Source of the DNA: Candidatus Calditenuaceae archaeon
Lineage (GTDB): Archaea > Thermoproteota > Nitrososphaeria_A > Caldarchaeales > Calditenuaceae
Direction: 5' to 3'
DNA: 16,821 nt
Assembly (NCBI GenBank): GCA_025058225.1
Contig: JANXEE010000002.1
Span: 1 to 16,821, forward strand
The translations under genes and the position numbers were made by a program. Of the stretch, positions 15,382 to 16,821 are shown piece by piece. The notes beneath the pieces are model-generated. The model had not been told where the DNA came from and ran no database searches. It saw nothing but the letters and a program-made list of their open reading frames with translations. Every line of letters starts with the position of its first letter. Within the stretch, counting starts at the first letter, position 1.

Positions 15382-16098
15382 TCACATGACCCCCGGCTGC
15401 CCCCTCCTCCAGGCACTCCTCCTGAGGGCCCTTTCGGCCTTGAGCCTCGCTATCTCCTCGTCGAGCTCGCGGAGGTCCAGCTTCACTTGAACGATGTCGG
15501 AGAGAATCCGGAGAACTGCCCTCGCAGCGCCGGGCTGCCTGACTCTCGGGTCGTCTATCTCACCTAACAAGCACAATCCCTCCATCTGTCGCTCCATCGC
15601 GAGTCCGTGTATGAGGCCGTTGAACCCGGTGATGTAGCCCTCGTCTGAAAGAGGCACCGCGCCCGCCCTCTCGGCGACCTCGCAAAACCTATCGGACGTC
15701 GCGGCGTAGAAGACCCTGGGGTCCTCGAGCCGGGACTCACCTGTGTGCGCAGCACCTAGGGAGATCACGGTGTCCACACCAACCGACTGGGCCAGGTCCA
15801 GCACCCTCTCGCAGAGCTCGAAAAGGGCCGTGCTCTCCGGAGGCTGATAGCTTCCCGTGAAAACGACGAAGTCGTATCCGTCGCGCCCGAGCAACTTGTA
15901 CCAGCCCCTTTCGAAGGTTATAGTGCGACCGGTGTGCACCACGAAGGGTGGCCACTCGCCGGTGGCCGCTGCGAGTTCCTCAAGTCCGCAGCATTTGACG
16001 AGGTGTTCCATCGCTATGCCGGCGACGTTGCCCATGTCAGGGAGGGCAGCTATCAACCTCCTGGTCCTCGGGATGACACCCCTCACCCTGAACTCCAT
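15382..16098 (-). CDS. PAC2-family protein (proteasome assembly chaperone-like)
   Basis: LIAALPDMGNVAGIAMEHLVK, FVVFTGSYQPP..., VDTVISLGAAHTG, GYITGFNGLIHGLAMERQMEGLCLLGE: archaeal PAC2-family pattern. Confidence 0.8.
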   Translation of the reverse strand: MEFRVRGVIPRTRRLIAALPDMGNVAGIAMEHLVKCCGLEELAAATGEWPPFVVHTGRTITFERGWYKLLGRDGYDFVVFTGSYQPPESTALFELCERVLDLAQSVGVDTVISLGAAHTGESRLEDPRVFYAATSDRFCEVAERAGAVPLSDEGYITGFNGLIHGLAMERQMEGLCLLGEIDDPRVRQPGAARAVLRILSDIVQVKLDLRELDEEIARLKAERALRRSAWRRGQPGVM

Positions 16099-16199
16099 TC
16101 TGGAGCCAATATGGACGTCCGCTGTTGTTAAGGATCACTCTGACATTCAGGAGTTGGTACGGGAAACACGTTTTAGGACACGAGGAGGGCCCTTTGTCG

Positions 16200-16598
16200 A
16201 TGGGCGTGGAGTTCAGGAGATCCGAGCTGAGCTTCCTGGAGAAGATGGAGCTCTGCAGACTGGCCACGGTCGACCGGGAGGGGCGACCTCACGTCGTTCC
16301 AATATGTTACGTCTTCAGAGATGGAGCCTTCTACATGGTAACCGACCTAGGGACGAAGAAGCACCGAAACCTGCAGCACAACCCCCGAGCAACCCTCGTT
16401 GTGGACGTCTACAAGCCAAACAGGGCCGTGATGGTGGAGGGCAGGGCAGAGCTGCTGACCGAGGGGGAGGAGTTCAGGAGGATCTCCGAGGCCTTCTACG
16501 AGCGTTTCGAGTGGGCCAGGCGGGACTTCTGGGACGAGGGCGAAGTCGTGATCATCAAGCTGGTTCCCGAGAAGAAGACGAGCTGGGGCCTTAAGTGA
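16200..16598 (+). CDS. Pyridoxamine-5'-phosphate-oxidase-like FMN/F420-binding split-barrel protein
   Basis: FLEKMELCRLATVDREGRPHVVPICYVFRDGAFYMVTDLGTKKHRNLQHNPRATLVVDVY. GAGGAGGG at 16182-16189 sits just upstream of TTG 16194 / ATG 16200; the ORF-track start at 16125 looks over-extended. Confidence 0.85.
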   Translation: MGVEFRRSELSFLEKMELCRLATVDREGRPHVVPICYVFRDGAFYMVTDLGTKKHRNLQHNPRATLVVDVYKPNRAVMVEGRAELLTEGEEFRRISEAFYERFEWARRDFWDEGEVVIIKLVPEKKTSWGLK

Positions 16599-16681
16599 GG
16601 GGCGACCGAAGGGTCAGCCAATACCGTTACCGGTGCGAAACGTAGATTAGAAGTCCATACATCGGAAGCTCGGCGGTGGAG

Positions 16682-16753
16682 GCCCCGGTAGCTCAGCGGT
16701 AGAGCGCCGGCCTCGTAAGCCGGTGGTCGAGGGTTCGAATCCCTCCCGGGGCT
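16682..16753 (+). tRNA. tRNA-Thr(CGT), intronless
   Basis: Acceptor GCCCCGG/CCGGGGC, D-arm GCTC-AGCGGTA-GAGC, anticodon arm CCGGC-CTCGTAA-GCCGG, T-arm GAGGG-TTCGAAT-CCCTC, discriminator U73. Confidence 0.95.
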
Positions 16754-16821
16754 ACGGTCGGGTAGCCCTTTTTACCACCGTTCCAAACGATGATGGGGTT
16801 GAATCGAGAGAAGTGCACGAC

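Noticed and set aside
15857-16594. 245-aa plus-strand ORF in the six-frame track
   Set aside because: It is antisense to the PAC2 gene and then runs out of frame through the FMN split-barrel gene. Its composition is Arg/Gly-rich shadow coding with no recognisable motif; the alternative frames have clear family signatures.
1-16821. CRISPR arrays, transposases, integrases, toxin-antitoxin pairs, restriction-modification or other defence modules
   Set aside because: No regularly spaced repeats, terminal inverted repeats or recognisable proteins of those types were found on either strand. The only repeated structural elements seen are tRNA arms and chance-level short words.
16790-16821. Possible start of another gene (ATGATGGGGTTGAATCGAGAG...) at the right edge
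   Set aside because: Only about 10 codons are visible after tRNA-Thr, too little to support a call.

Overview
This 16.8 kb window is gene-dense, GC-rich archaeal chromosome. I infer a TACK-type archaeon, but cannot place it to lineage from sequence alone. Content is mainly core cellular genes: the C-terminal end of a MiaB-like tRNA methylthiotransferase; a compact operon of prefoldin beta, DHH phosphoesterase, two ECF-type ATPases and EcfT; homoserine dehydrogenase with a separate ACT-domain protein; glycyl-tRNA synthetase; a four-TM membrane protein with a C-terminal RING/PHD-like zinc module; an Lrp/AsnC regulator divergent from an HMG-CoA synthase / thiolase / DUF35 trio; a SAM methyltransferase; a tRNA-Arg(CCG) with an apparent 18-nt non-canonical intron; an LLM/F420-type oxidoreductase; aIF1 (SUI1); a dolichyl-phosphate-mannose-synthase-like GT2; a PAC2-family protein; an FMN split-barrel protein; and tRNA-Thr(CGT). 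I found no CRISPR array, mobile element, phage module or obvious defence island. The two observations most worth follow-up are the membrane-anchored RING-like protein at 7968-8804(-) and the position 29/30 tRNA intron with a fully paired bulge-helix-bulge. No complete new multi-gene system can be claimed from this window.
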